From Octopus sinensis (Eukaryota), in the NCBI RefSeq assembly GCF_006345805.1, contig NC_043000.1:106268001-106332000 (forward strand): 64,000 nucleotides of DNA, written 5' to 3'. The position numbers were made by a program, and so were the translations under genes. The notes under the pieces were generated by a model. The model was not told the DNA's origin, did not search any database, and saw only the letters and a list, made by a program, of their open reading frames with translations. The first letter of the stretch is position 1. Every line of letters starts with the position of its first letter. This document shows, in pieces, positions 27,301 through 39,076 of this stretch.

Positions 27301-27747
27301 CAGATGAGAAACACGTCTCATCTGTACAAGATACCAGTCTATCTCAAGTGACATTTCAGTGATAAAATTGTGGAACACTCTATGCAAGCCAGCAAGACAT
27401 TTGCGAAATTTACAGTGTAGCTAGTGACTATTGTAATGAACAACTTCTACATTGAAGTGTCTATTTACAAGTAGATGAATTGAGCTTATTGAAGTTAACT
27501 ATCTTCATCACAAGCAATTCACCAACAGAGGCAGGATATGAAGTACCAACATAATTTGGACCTATAACTGGAGTCATTTGCTCTGCTTCATGATAATCAA
27601 GAAAAAATTAAAATTTTTTAAAAAATGGAAATAAGCAAAGAAAAGAAATGAAAGAGTAAAACAGTTCAGCAGAATATAATTACTGTTATTGTTAATATTA
27701 TTAATGTTATTTATTATAAATACAAAAGTAGAGCAATGAATCAAATT

Positions 27748-27830
27748 TCACTTCTTCAAAATCAATTGGTATCTTGGTTTGGTGTAGGATTCACATTTGG
27801 TTAGTCGAAATTTTAACCTCTGCTTTGAAT
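27748..27830 (-). CDS. LRRC42: LRRC42 last coding exon
   Basis: cag acceptor; (Y)SKQRLKFRLTKCESYTKPRYQLILKK-TGA. Phase matches the previous exon and gives FY as in the vertebrate RFYGKR. AATAAA at 27710-27715. Confidence 0.7.
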
Positions 27831-29259
27831 CTGAATAAAATACAAAGAAACAGAAATATTTATAATCCTTCTTTATCATCATCATTTATTTATTTATTAT
27901 GCCAATGGGGAAACATAAGGTTTTTTTATAAGAGAGAAAAATTAAATTGAATGACATTCATCCTTTTCAAAATCATTAACAAAGTGAGTTTTTTGTTCTT
28001 ATGTTAAGATATTCAGGAAAGAAGAGGCAGAGTCCATGACCTTTGCAAAGAAGCGAGATTAATGTAGCTATACACACAGATATGGTTGTGTGGTTAAGAA
28101 GCTCACTTTGCAACCACATAGTTTTGGTTCAAACTCATAGCATGACATCTTGAACTAATGTTTCCTACAATAGCTCTGAACCAACCAAAGCCTTGTGATT
28201 GGATCTGGTAGATAGGAACTGGATGAAGCATGTCGCGTGTGTGCTTTTATGTTTGTTCGCCACCACAGCTTGACAACTGGTATTGGTGTCTTTATGTCTC
28301 CGTTTGACAAAATAGATCAATAGAACTAGTGCCAGGCGTTTAAAGAAAATTAAGTACTGGGGGTCAATCCGCTCGACTAAACTTCTTCAAGGCGATGCCT
28401 CCAAAATATATACACACAAACATGCACACCACCATTCAAATTAAAAATGTAAGAAGGGAGACAACTCCAACTAAGGGAAATAATTCCAGATGAAGTAATG
28501 TATTCTGGAATGGCACATAAATTTGTACACTCGAAAATATAATCAAAACCAAAATAGATGTTTACACATCTTACAAAAAAAAAAAAAAAAAAAAAAATCA
28601 AACCTATATGATATCTCGCAGACTTATGAAAATTACTTAAATAAAAGCAGCACTCTCTACAAATGATTTACGTCGTACTGTCTTATATAAGCAATGTAAT
28701 CTTCAGAGAGAATTCCCAACAAGTCGGAGGACATGGACAACTAATCCAATCATGACGGAATCTCCCACCAAAGACAACTGCACAAATGATTTGTTTATAA
28801 GTGATCAAATGTATGTGCTGTATACATCAGCTCATTCCTGCCATCAAATCAATGTTGCCTGAACAAGTGCATGATGTACCATACATCATGCGTCAAAGTG
28901 ATTACAGAGCAACATAAGATGAAGTATTTTGCTCAAGAACACAATGCACCACTCACTCCAAGAACTGAAACCATGACCAGAATAAAATAGTAATCAAATG
29001 GGTTCATAGATAAAAAGTGGTATAAAACCCCTTGGTTTAAAAAATCCTGTTTCACTTAAATCTTCCATTTTAGATTGGTTTGGCTGGCCAAAATGTATCA
29101 ATGAGACAGTTCTTTGATGTATGTAGGAAGACACTAACACCAATTAAGAACTGACAGGTTGGAATACCTTTGCTCATTAAGAGTTGGCTTGATGTTAAGT
29201 AATACAATTAAGTTACATTCCAAGCAAGAGGGTGGGATGGGGGTGGGGGTTATACTTAC

Positions 29260-29443
29260 AGAAAGAATTTTCTCCCAACCGAGGTCGTTTGCTCTTGTTG
29301 TTATACCAAGTCAACCAAGTATTGATTACATTGCTTGCCCAGCCTTCAGTCTGTAAACGAAAACAGCTATCTAGTCCACCAGATACACCTTCCTCTGGAA
29401 TACACACTTTCATTGACAGTAATTGCAGCTTGGTATCATTTTT
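29260..29443 (-). CDS. LRRC42: LRRC42 coding exon 4
   Basis: cag/gtaag boundaries; LQTEGWASNVINTW resembles vertebrate CKTEGWADQIVLQW. Confidence 0.85.
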
Positions 29444-29757
29444 CTGTGAATAGAGTGAAACAAGGTGTGAGAGAGAATTCACCGTTATCATCGTTTTAAC
29501 GTCCATTTTTCCATGGATCAGAAGGATTTTCGCATGGGTCAGATGGATTTTTATTGAGGTAGGTTTTATATGGATGGATACCTTCTTATTGCTAACCCTA
29601 ACTAGTTTTTAAGCAAGGTAATATTATTTAAAAGAACATGAGTACTGGAATCGATTTGTTTGACTAGAAACCTTCAAGATGGTGCCCCAGTATGGCCACA
29701 GTCCAATCAATGAAATAAATAATAGATAAAAAAGAAACAAGTAAAAAAAATACTCAC

Positions 29758-29846
29758 ACTAATTGCTGTATTAGAGAGGTTAAGAACACAAAGCAAAGGG
29801 TAAGCTTTCAAGTAGCGAATACCATGGATTGTTAATTCAGGGTTTT
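29758..29846 (-). CDS. LRRC42: LRRC42 coding exon 3
   Basis: tag/gtgag boundaries; ENPELTIHGIRYLKAYPLLCVLNLSNTAIS is an LRR resembling NPEITDAGIGYL...LDISGT. Confidence 0.88.
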
Positions 29847-31640
29847 CTAGGAAATATAAATAAATCATAAAAGTAAGCAAATTTAGTCTGTGCTGGAACA
29901 AGAGATTTGATGAATATGAATGGTCAAGAATAAAAATGTATAGCATTAAGTGAGAAACTATTTGCAAATTGCTGTTTAGGACCAGGTGACTGCTAATGGA
30001 GCAGACCAATGATCAAAGGTGTTCCAATTGTGATCACACAGTTTTTTCCTATCCAGCATTATGTATCTTTGGCAACATTATTCTATATATGCTGTTCCCT
30101 TTTCACTGTACAGTAGGGTGAAAATTGAGGGAGATTTGGCAGTTATTTGCAGCAGGTAGAGTGACCATGTAAAGGGCTATCTTGGCAGCAGTTGGTAGGT
30201 GGATAAGTGTGAGGGAGAGTATATGAGTGAATGATTCGGGCTAATTGAGTGAATACATGTTGCAGGTCCAGTGAGTTCATTTAAGTCTGTGTGTGATATA
30301 TGTAGCTATAATAGTTGCATGGTTGAAAGTGGTAAGTACAAGATAGCTTGCAACTGTAGACAGATGTGATATCAACAAAAGCAAAGAATATAAACATACC
30401 CCATATTGGCTGCAATTATCAGATGTAAAATGCTATGGAAACTGCAGAAGTGTATATACATAAGTTTTGCAATACATATTTGTGAAAAAAATGTTCATGC
30501 TTGCAAGAAGATCAATAAACAAGCAGATTCAAACAAAATACCTCAATATTTATTCTAAATTACTTACACAGGGACACTGTCACTCCAGCTATTGTAAGTG
30601 CAGTGAACCAGTGATATGGTCCATTGGACACATAACTATTGTTCACAAAATGTATATGAAAAAATATTAAGCACAAGTGTGGCTGCATGGTTGAGAAGTT
30701 TCTTTCCCAATCATATGGCTTTAGGTTCACAGTTGCATTGCATGGCACCTTGGGCAAGTGTCTTCTACTACAACCCAGGTAACGAAAGCCATGTGAGTGG
30801 ATTTGACAGCCTGATGGAAACTGAAAGAAGCTCATCATGTGAATTTGTCTCCTTGTCTTAACATCATGTGACAGTTGTAAATGAGTTTCACACATGGTGT
30901 TGTTCATTTCTAATATTTATGGAAACATTTATTAGGCCAAAATAAATGGGTGACAAAGCTCAAGATAAAACAATTTCACTTTGTCCCTTTATGTTACATT
31001 TTCAAACACTGCCTGTATTGATTTCACCTTCCAACATGATGCCAGATAATTAATATAAATATTTGCTGGCTTGTCCTTTACAGGTACCAGTGCTGTGAAA
31101 GTGCTCCTGTACTGGTGGCATATAAAGAGCACCCAGCACACTCTGTAAAGTGGTTGGCATTAGGAAGGGTATCCACACATAGAAACCATGCCACAACATA
31201 CAACTGCAGTCTGGACAGCTCTCTGGTTGGCCAGCACCATATCAAACCATCCATCCCATGCCAGCATGGAAAATGGACTTAAACAATGATGATGATGGCC
31301 CCTAAAATAATGCAAGTTCTTTTGTTTTTTGTTTTTTTTTTCAAAGTTAGTCAAGAGAGAAGCACCCATCAACTTTGTAGGGCCTCTGAGAATGTTGACC
31401 CATGTGAATATCTGCAGGACAAATCTACACCAAATATTTGCAACATGATCAGTAAACCATCTAACAACAGAAATTTATTGCTTGGTCTAAAGAAAATAAT
31501 TGTGAAAAAATTCAAATCAAGCTAGCATGGAAAACTCATTAGAAAAGCAAAAAAGATAAAAAGACAGAAAATTTAATTTCAAAGATGTGAAATTTAAAGA
31601 GAAAAAAATTTTTTAAAAAAAAGGCAAAAGGGAGAGATAC

Positions 31641-31759
31641 CTGAAAGATCAAGAGCCTTAAGTAATTTTGGTCCTCGGTTGAACATCCGCAATGGTAAAG
31701 TCAGTTTCTGCAAACCGCGGCTTGTTAAGGCATTATCTTGAAGTGATAGAGTATTCAAG
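31641..31759 (-). CDS. LRRC42: LRRC42 coding exon 2
   Basis: cag/gtatc boundaries; LNTLSLQDNALTSRGLQKLTLPLRMFNRGPKLLKALDLS resembles LHLKDNCLSDAGVRKMTAPVRVMKRGLENLTLLDLS. Confidence 0.9.
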
Positions 31760-32167
31760 CTGAAACAGTTAATGAAAACTTTATTAAATGTTTGTTACGC
31801 TATTAATAAGATTACCATTTCCAGACTAATTAACCTCATCTTTAGAGGTGATAGATTTTTTTTTACCTCAGTATTTATATCTACACTATATTTTAATTGG
31901 TTCTTATCCACTAAGTTAATTTTTAGCTAAGAAAATAAGATTCCTGGTTCAAATCTAATCAGTGTACTACACATTTTGGAATAAGACACCTGGTGACAAT
32001 TCACAGATTGAGTAACTACAGAGAGGAATTCTTATATTCTTTCTTGAATTTTATCTAAGTACATAGATTAAATATAATTTAAAATGTAGTGGTTTGAATA
32101 AAATGTTCAAAAGTGGTTAACTGAATACACAAACTTTAATATAGGTAGAAAAATGTAATGAACTTAC

Positions 32168-32562
32168 TTAGTGAAACAACTCAATTTGTATAAAATTTCA
32201 TGGTCATCAGATAATCCACAGTGGCTGAGGTTCAAGGACTGCACACCAGCAAACAGAAGGAAATCATCAGACAAATAGTTCACCAGCAGATGTTCTCGAC
32301 TTAAATATAAACTCTGTAGAAATTCAGTACTGAAGGCTTTGGAAAAGAGTTCAAGACGTTGGATAACAGTGGGATCTGGTTGAGCAAATTGTTCATTGCG
32401 TTCGGCAGCAAGGAAGATTTCTTTACCAAGAAGGTCAGGAAAGTGTTGGAATGATTCAACCAAGTCCAAATTGTCAGCTACGAAGTTAATACATAAAGAC
32501 AAAAGGGATGGAACAGACTGCCAGGAAAATCTCTCACAGTTAGCTGGAGAACCAGCTGACAT
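32168..32562 (-). CDS. LRRC42: LRRC42 (leucine-rich repeat-containing 42) first coding exon
   Basis: MSAG...SVPSLLSLCINFVADNLDLVESFQHFPDLLGKEIFLAAE...LNLSHCGLSDDHEIL resembles vertebrate SLFSLVLGFISDNVDHIDSLIGFPEQIAEKLFSAAE...LDLSCCKLGDEHELL. Acceptor at 32645/32644, gtaag donor. The five exons sum to 870 nt in frame. Confidence 0.92.
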
Positions 32563-35500
32563 CTTACACAGAGAAATCCTGTCTCAATAATGGTGTAAGA
32601 CACACTGAATTCATTGTGACAGATTCATGCCACCAGATTCAGATCTACAATGAAAAAAGAAAAAAATAACATCAAATAGATGGTGTTTAATTCAATGAAC
32701 AGAATTCTTCAGGAGGTGCTATAGTAATCCACCGGATTATTGTGATACCTCTATTTTCATTGTAGTATAAACTAAGAGGATTTTTATTTTAGAAAGTATT
32801 TTTATAACCTTCTTTAAGCTTGTAGCAAGTGTGAAAGCTATAATACAAGCTAATGAAACAACTATTTAATAGTGTGAATAAAAGTGTGAAAGCTATAATA
32901 CAAGCTAATGAAACAACTATTTAATACCCCTGTATTACAGCAGTAAACTGTACATCTACGTGATAACTAGTTATAATTAGGTTAATCCAGCCATGTAATC
33001 ATGTTAATCCATGAAAAATGTAGGCGCTCTAGAATTACCTCCCTTCTCATGTTTTTAGCTGCAAAAGTTGACTTGTAAAAGTTCAAGAGAAACATTAATG
33101 GCATCAATCACACTAGTCTTAGAGGGCCAGCAAAGTCTCTTCTACCAGATCCAGAAAATTAGAAAAAAAAAAAAATGAAAAAAGCCATCAGAGGGGCGAT
33201 GCATACTCTGCATGCAGATAAATCTTTTCACAAATTATAGTGTGGCTTACAATACGTTGCTTACTCATGTATTTTAATTGAACTGAATTAAGCTTTGTGT
33301 TTGACTAAACCAGGTTAAGAAATTTGTAAGTTTAATTAAATTTTATTTTTTTGTTAAGTATCACCATTATAGATATTTATACTCTGGTGAAATTAAGAAA
33401 TCAACTTGTAGATAAACAAAACCCTTGAATCCGTCGATGTACAGACACAGACACACACAGGGTCACATATCTATGTATTTATTTATGTATGCATGAAGAT
33501 AATCAAACCAAATTTTCATCATTTTGAACCACTCATCCACTGAGTATTTCTGCCAAATTTGGTAAAAATCTGTTCCGCCATTTTCCAGTAATTTTGCAAA
33601 CACACAGACAAAGACAAAGTGATTACAACACCCTGCTTTCACTTAGGCACCCAGGGTGATTAAATATGGTAAGCATGGGCATAATACAATACTGATGACA
33701 AGATATAAAATTTTTCACTACCAACATTCATCCACAAGGAAATAATTTTGAAACTCACATTCTCTAGCCTTGAACAACACAGCCAAAACCATCAAAACTG
33801 GGAAAAAAGACAAGCCCCGCAAAGTCTATCTTTCCTGGCAACACCCACAAACATAATAACCAAAACAACATTCTAAAGATGAACTTTTCTTGAAATACAG
33901 TGGTTATTGCAGCCCCCACCCCACCCCACCCCATGTCATATCCCAAAATACTACCCAACTGATTGGCAAAGATCCACAGACCAGCATGCTACAACCTGTG
34001 GCAAAATGGCAGAATTGTTAGCATACTGGGCAAAATACTTAGTGGCATTTCATCTGTCCTTAAGTTCTGAGCTCAAATTCCACTGAGGTTGACTTTGCCT
34101 TTCATCCTTTCGGGGATGTAATCGACTTTCCTCCTCCCCCGAAATAGCTGGCCTTGCACCAAAATGCAAAATGCAAAACCAATATTAAAATTAATATCTT
34201 TCATTACACTTGTAATTTGACTGAAAATTCTTTGGGTCTCACAACATTTCATTAGTCTGTACTTAATTATCTATTCTAAAGGTTATGATGTTTAGCTCCA
34301 GGTCCCTTGACTAAGCAGCTCTATAATCAAAAGCTGTGCAGCCATGTCCATCTTGATTTTTGTATAACAGGGATTATTACACTGTCTACTTTATTCTTTG
34401 CTTTTTAAGACAGTAGGATGTGGGTTGAGGGAGATTTGGCTGTTATTTTTAGCAACCATTTAGAAGCACCCTTGTTGGCCTGTCTAAATTTCATCGTATC
34501 TTTTACTTGTCTCAGTCATTTGATTGAGACCATGCAGGAGTAGTGCACTGGAGAATTTTTAGTAGAATGAATCAACTCCAGTACTTACTTTTTTTTCATT
34601 TTTAAGCCTGGTATTTATTTCATCAGTCAAGCAGTGGTGGGGGACACACGCGCGCGCATATAAATCCAAATTTTGGGAGTGGAACTGGTAAAATCCAGGC
34701 TATGTATATTTCTTAGCTAGCTGATCCTCTGATGTGATAATTTCTCAACTTAGCCAATCATCAAGCTGAAAGTACCTTAATTACATGAAGGTCACATTGT
34801 CACTTGGAATTTCTAAGTTAACTCACTGCAGATGTGAGTTCATTCAACTTACATTTGTGGCGAGTTAACTTGGAGTTAGTGACCACGTGGTTTGGGGATT
34901 CAGCCCCACTACAACAGCACCTTGGACAAGTGTCTTCAACTATAGCCCCAGGCTGATTATTGCCTTGTGAATGAATTTGGGAGATGGAAACTGTGTGGGA
35001 GCGCATTGTATCTGTATGTATATGTGTGTCTTTTTATCACTCCCTCACCACTTGACAGCTGGTGTCGGTTAGTTCACTTCTCCATAACTTAGTGGTTTGG
35101 CAAAAGTGACCGACAGAATAAGTATGGAAGTTGAAAAACAGGTACTAGGGTGAATTCTTTCAATTAAACCTTTCAAGGTGTTACCTCATTATGGTTGTAT
35201 TCCATTGATTGAAATAAGCAATGGATAAAAAAAAATACAAAACCTTTTAATCTTTATATTTTATAGGTTATGGTAATGTCTTATCCAGAAAATGAAATCA
35301 AAGAGGCAGTTATGCATTGGTCACCAAAGACTGTTGTAGAGATGTAGCAGCCAAATGAGTACTGCAGTTCAGTGCTCTTTGCTTTATCATAACTTCCTTA
35401 ATAATACGTTTTTAAACAAAATTTTGCAGAGATATGTTTTCAAAAGTGTAGACTATGACAATGTTGAAATATTTTAAATGAATTTTTTTCATATAGGAAA

Positions 35501-38500
35501 AGCAAAAAAGTTTATACCTTTTTGACCATTTAATGACTTATAGATTATTGCCCAACATGGTGTTATCAAAATAAAAGAAACAGGATCCAGAATACTTTTG
35601 ATCTGCATTGTAGTAGGCTAAACAAACACATTTTTTGTATCATTTTTGCATCATGCCTCCCAATTTCATATAATAATAGATTATAATATAAGAAATAGTA
35701 CTAGTTCAATTAATTTCAGTTTTTTGGGGTTTTTTTGATGTTGTGAAACAATTATGGTATGAAATTCTTTTCTTACCAAATATTAAAATAAAAATTTCAT
35801 CAATGCAATTGTAATCTATACCTTCAAAAACATCTCTATATTATGTTCATGAAATATGCAATACTGAGTTATAAGAAAATGTCAGGTTGGGCACTAAACT
35901 GTAGATAATTGTTAAAAGTTCCTCACATTACTCTGTAATTTGATTTGGCATCTGTCAATATCTCAGTAGCTCTTTTGTAATATACCTCCTAGATTTTTGG
36001 TGACTTGCTGTACTCAACAAGAACCATACTCCACAGCAGAAGTGTTAAGGCCACTCCCCCTGGTAAATAGGACTGGTCTGCCAGAGTCCAGTGACATGTA
36101 AAAAGCACTCAACACATTCAGTAAAATGGTTGGCATTAGGAAGGACATCCAGCTGTAGAAACCATGCCAAATCCAACTGGAGCCTGGTGCAGCTCTGGTC
36201 AAACCATCCATGCCATACAAGTATGGCAAACAGACATATGATGATTGTACTTAAGTAGAATTAGCACAATTTCTTATACAACCTTCAAATTTTAGGGATC
36301 AAACTGAGATAGTCTTTAAATTATAGTTCTCATATAAGTGTTTGCATGAAGAATTTTTCTTATGTGCATCCGTCTCTTTCCTGTAATAGGATTTAAAATT
36401 TCAAACAGAGAGTTTGAGCATGCTAGTCATTATTTATAAGAAATAAAATAGGAAAACCATTAACTTTATTTTCTATTAAAGAACCCAGTCACAAACAAAA
36501 TGTTTTTAAACTGCAATACCTACTTGTAATATGAGAGTATTATAACAATGTAAGTACATCATATACCCACAAGTAAAGACATTAATATTTCTTAATCTTT
36601 TCTTCTTAGAATTTAAATTTCAGTAACCTGAATATTCTGTAACATTTTGCTTATGAGACAACAAATGGAACACTGGGATATGCCAGAGACTGTCCAGGTC
36701 AAACTAGGTCACATGGCATGCCTACAAATTCACTAATTAAGCAGAAGACTGTTCTTGTTGCACAGATGATTTATTTCTTCAAATAAAGTGCACATAAATT
36801 GCAAATATGGAAAACTTTCCCCCTTAATTGCACTTCACTTACAGAAACAAATTTGTCCATGCCAATTACAACTTGACAATGTGGAACCGGTGTGCTAAAA
36901 ACATTACAGCAAGTTTATCGACTGAACTGACAATCCTGCTTATTGAGAAGCTGAACACGCTTAAAATTCGTAACAAAATGCTTACATACATTTCCACGTG
37001 TTGCATGACTAGGGGGAAAATGACAAAAAAGAATGAGATTATTAAATTCGTATCTAGATTGTAAGAAACAGAAACAAAATGTATTAAAATTGTCAAATTT
37101 ATCTCCAAAAGACTACGAGCATAAATTCGCAACACTGCAAAATTTACGAGTTGCATTAAAAGGTTGATACAATCGTATGTGTAGTTGAATCATAAAATGA
37201 CCTGTTACTAGTTATGTTAATTGTCTTCTAGACCATGGTTTGCTACTAAGTTGGTTGAAGATAACAATTATGCTGCAGGAGTTAATGACCAGGTAGTGTA
37301 TGAGAGAGCACTTCCTAAACAACCACTCTTTTTTTCTAATTAGATAACAAGCAAACCTAAACCACGTAAGCTTTTATTAAAAATCTCCCACATACACGCA
37401 ATCAAGTCAATGTGTGCGTGAACTGAACGATCTACTAGATTTTCCAATGTATTTTGACAACTTTTCCAAAACATTTATTTTTGCCACTTCATACCTCATT
37501 TGTCATAGTTGTGTGGCATCAAGTCAACCGTGAAAAAAAAACCAGATCTATGATGAACGGCATTCCAGCCGGGACCACCACATAGTATTATCGAGTTCAA
37601 TGAATCCTTCTTTCTTTGAGAAAGTTAAAAGCTATAACATGAAAGTTTGGATATTATTTCTAGCAGGTCGAACGCCGATGTAGTGGTTCCCTCAATTAGT
37701 TCGCATGACATGTGAATACTAGAGATAATAGTTTGTTTGTTTTTTTAATGCCGACCGTGGAATTGTTTTTCAAACATACACAAGTACAGAGTGACGAGTA
37801 TAAACACTCAAAGATGTTAGAATTGCTAAATTTCACAACTGTATTTTTAATAAAAGGTAGATATTGTTGTTTAACCCGGGGTCATTACTGGTTGAACAAA
37901 CGTCTAAGAACGGTCATGGCCGTTGCGTTTTTTCCTCTTTGGAATAGTATACCCAAGACATTATCCAATGCGTCCTTTGAAAAGACCGTCGAGGTTTGAA
38001 GCAAATTTCGCTGCTATTTCTGACAAGTCCATCAATCACGTACAGGTTCCGTAATGGTGATGGTTCGTTCATATAAAGAACATCTACTTATTAGAAAAGA
38101 TTTCGGACAAAAAATTAGAAGAAATTTACTATTATGCAAGCTGTAAATAATGAGATTAAGCGCAACTGAAGTTACTAAACGATTAATATATTAAATATTT
38201 TAACATTAAACAGTAGATACCTAGCAAATTTAGTGCTGTTGGGCTTTAGTAAAGAGTAATACAAATAATTCAAATAGTGAAAAACAAGTGAAGAAGTCTA
38301 ATGTTTCAGATAGAAAACTTCGTCGGCGGGAAATGAAATGTCAACTGGAATAGTAATAAAATAATAAACTTGGATAAATGAGATGAGGTTTAAAAAAAAA
38401 AAGGAGGAAAGGGTAACATGTAAGTTTGGAGGGAGGCGACAATGGTCAGAAAGAAGAAAATAAAAGAAAGCGCTCGCCAACGAAGAATTCATGCTCGAAA

Positions 38501-38605
38501 CATGAGATTTATCTTCTTTCTCAGAATAAAACTTAGTCCATTGTATGAATTAATTATTATAACTATTATTAACTCGACTGACGTTAATAGAATTATTCAA
38601 CTCAC

Positions 38606-38670
38606 CTGCTCTGTATTGCAGATTCCCGCGGTTTTAAGCAGAGTTAAAATCGGAAATTTGTAAAGGAACG
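38606..38670 (-). other. LRRC42: Probable non-coding first exon of LRRC42
   Basis: Strong CAG|GTGAG donor at 38606/38605 next to the IFT25 start; no ATG. The 5' end is a guess. Confidence 0.55.
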
Positions 38671-38984
38671 ATCAAACCGCTTAGGTTTTATATATTTTAT
38701 TTTGGTTTCAACTAAAATGTAAATAATATTTTTTTTCTATCTCGTAACAATAAATTAATGGCTTTAAAAATTTTATTATTACATTGAATTGTTTTATAAA
38801 ATAAAATGATTTTTGAAAAGTAAATTATTTTATTTTATTTCACTTTGGCTCGTTGACAAAACGTGGACATCGTTTTTCGTTTTGACGGTAAACATTTTAT
38901 TCTCTTTTTTAGTTAACTATAATCCTGTAACTTGGCAGTTGTTTCGAGTTACTTGGACAACAAAACTACAATTAATACAAGAGA
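38670..38984. promoter_or_regulatory. Bidirectional promoter shared by LRRC42 and IFT25, with RFX X-box-like site
   Basis: The divergent first exons are ~0.3 kb apart. GTTACTTGGACAAC at 38948-38961; a second X-box-like GTTGCCATGGTTTC at 39136-39149 in intron 1. Confidence 0.6.
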
Positions 38985-39076
38985 ATGTTAGATTTAGCAC
39001 TTTCAGAAAATGGCACTAAAATTGGTCTGGCCACTTCCAGTGATGAAGAATATCCGCCAGAAAATATAATCGATGG
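38985..39076 (+). CDS. IFT25: Intraflagellar transport protein 25 (HSPB11) exon 1
   Basis: MLDLALSENGTKIGLATSSDEEYPPENIIDG resembles human IDLCLSSEGSEVILATSSDEKHPPENIIDG; GG|gtaag donor. Confidence 0.95.

Noticed and set aside
32829-32926. ~42-bp direct repeat pair resembling a two-repeat CRISPR
   Set aside because: A simple local tandem duplication in a eukaryotic intron; no array and no cas genes.
33420-33665. Possible Helitron-like non-autonomous repeat (CAGA microsatellite, terminal hairpin)
   Set aside because: Termini could not be defined from a single copy.
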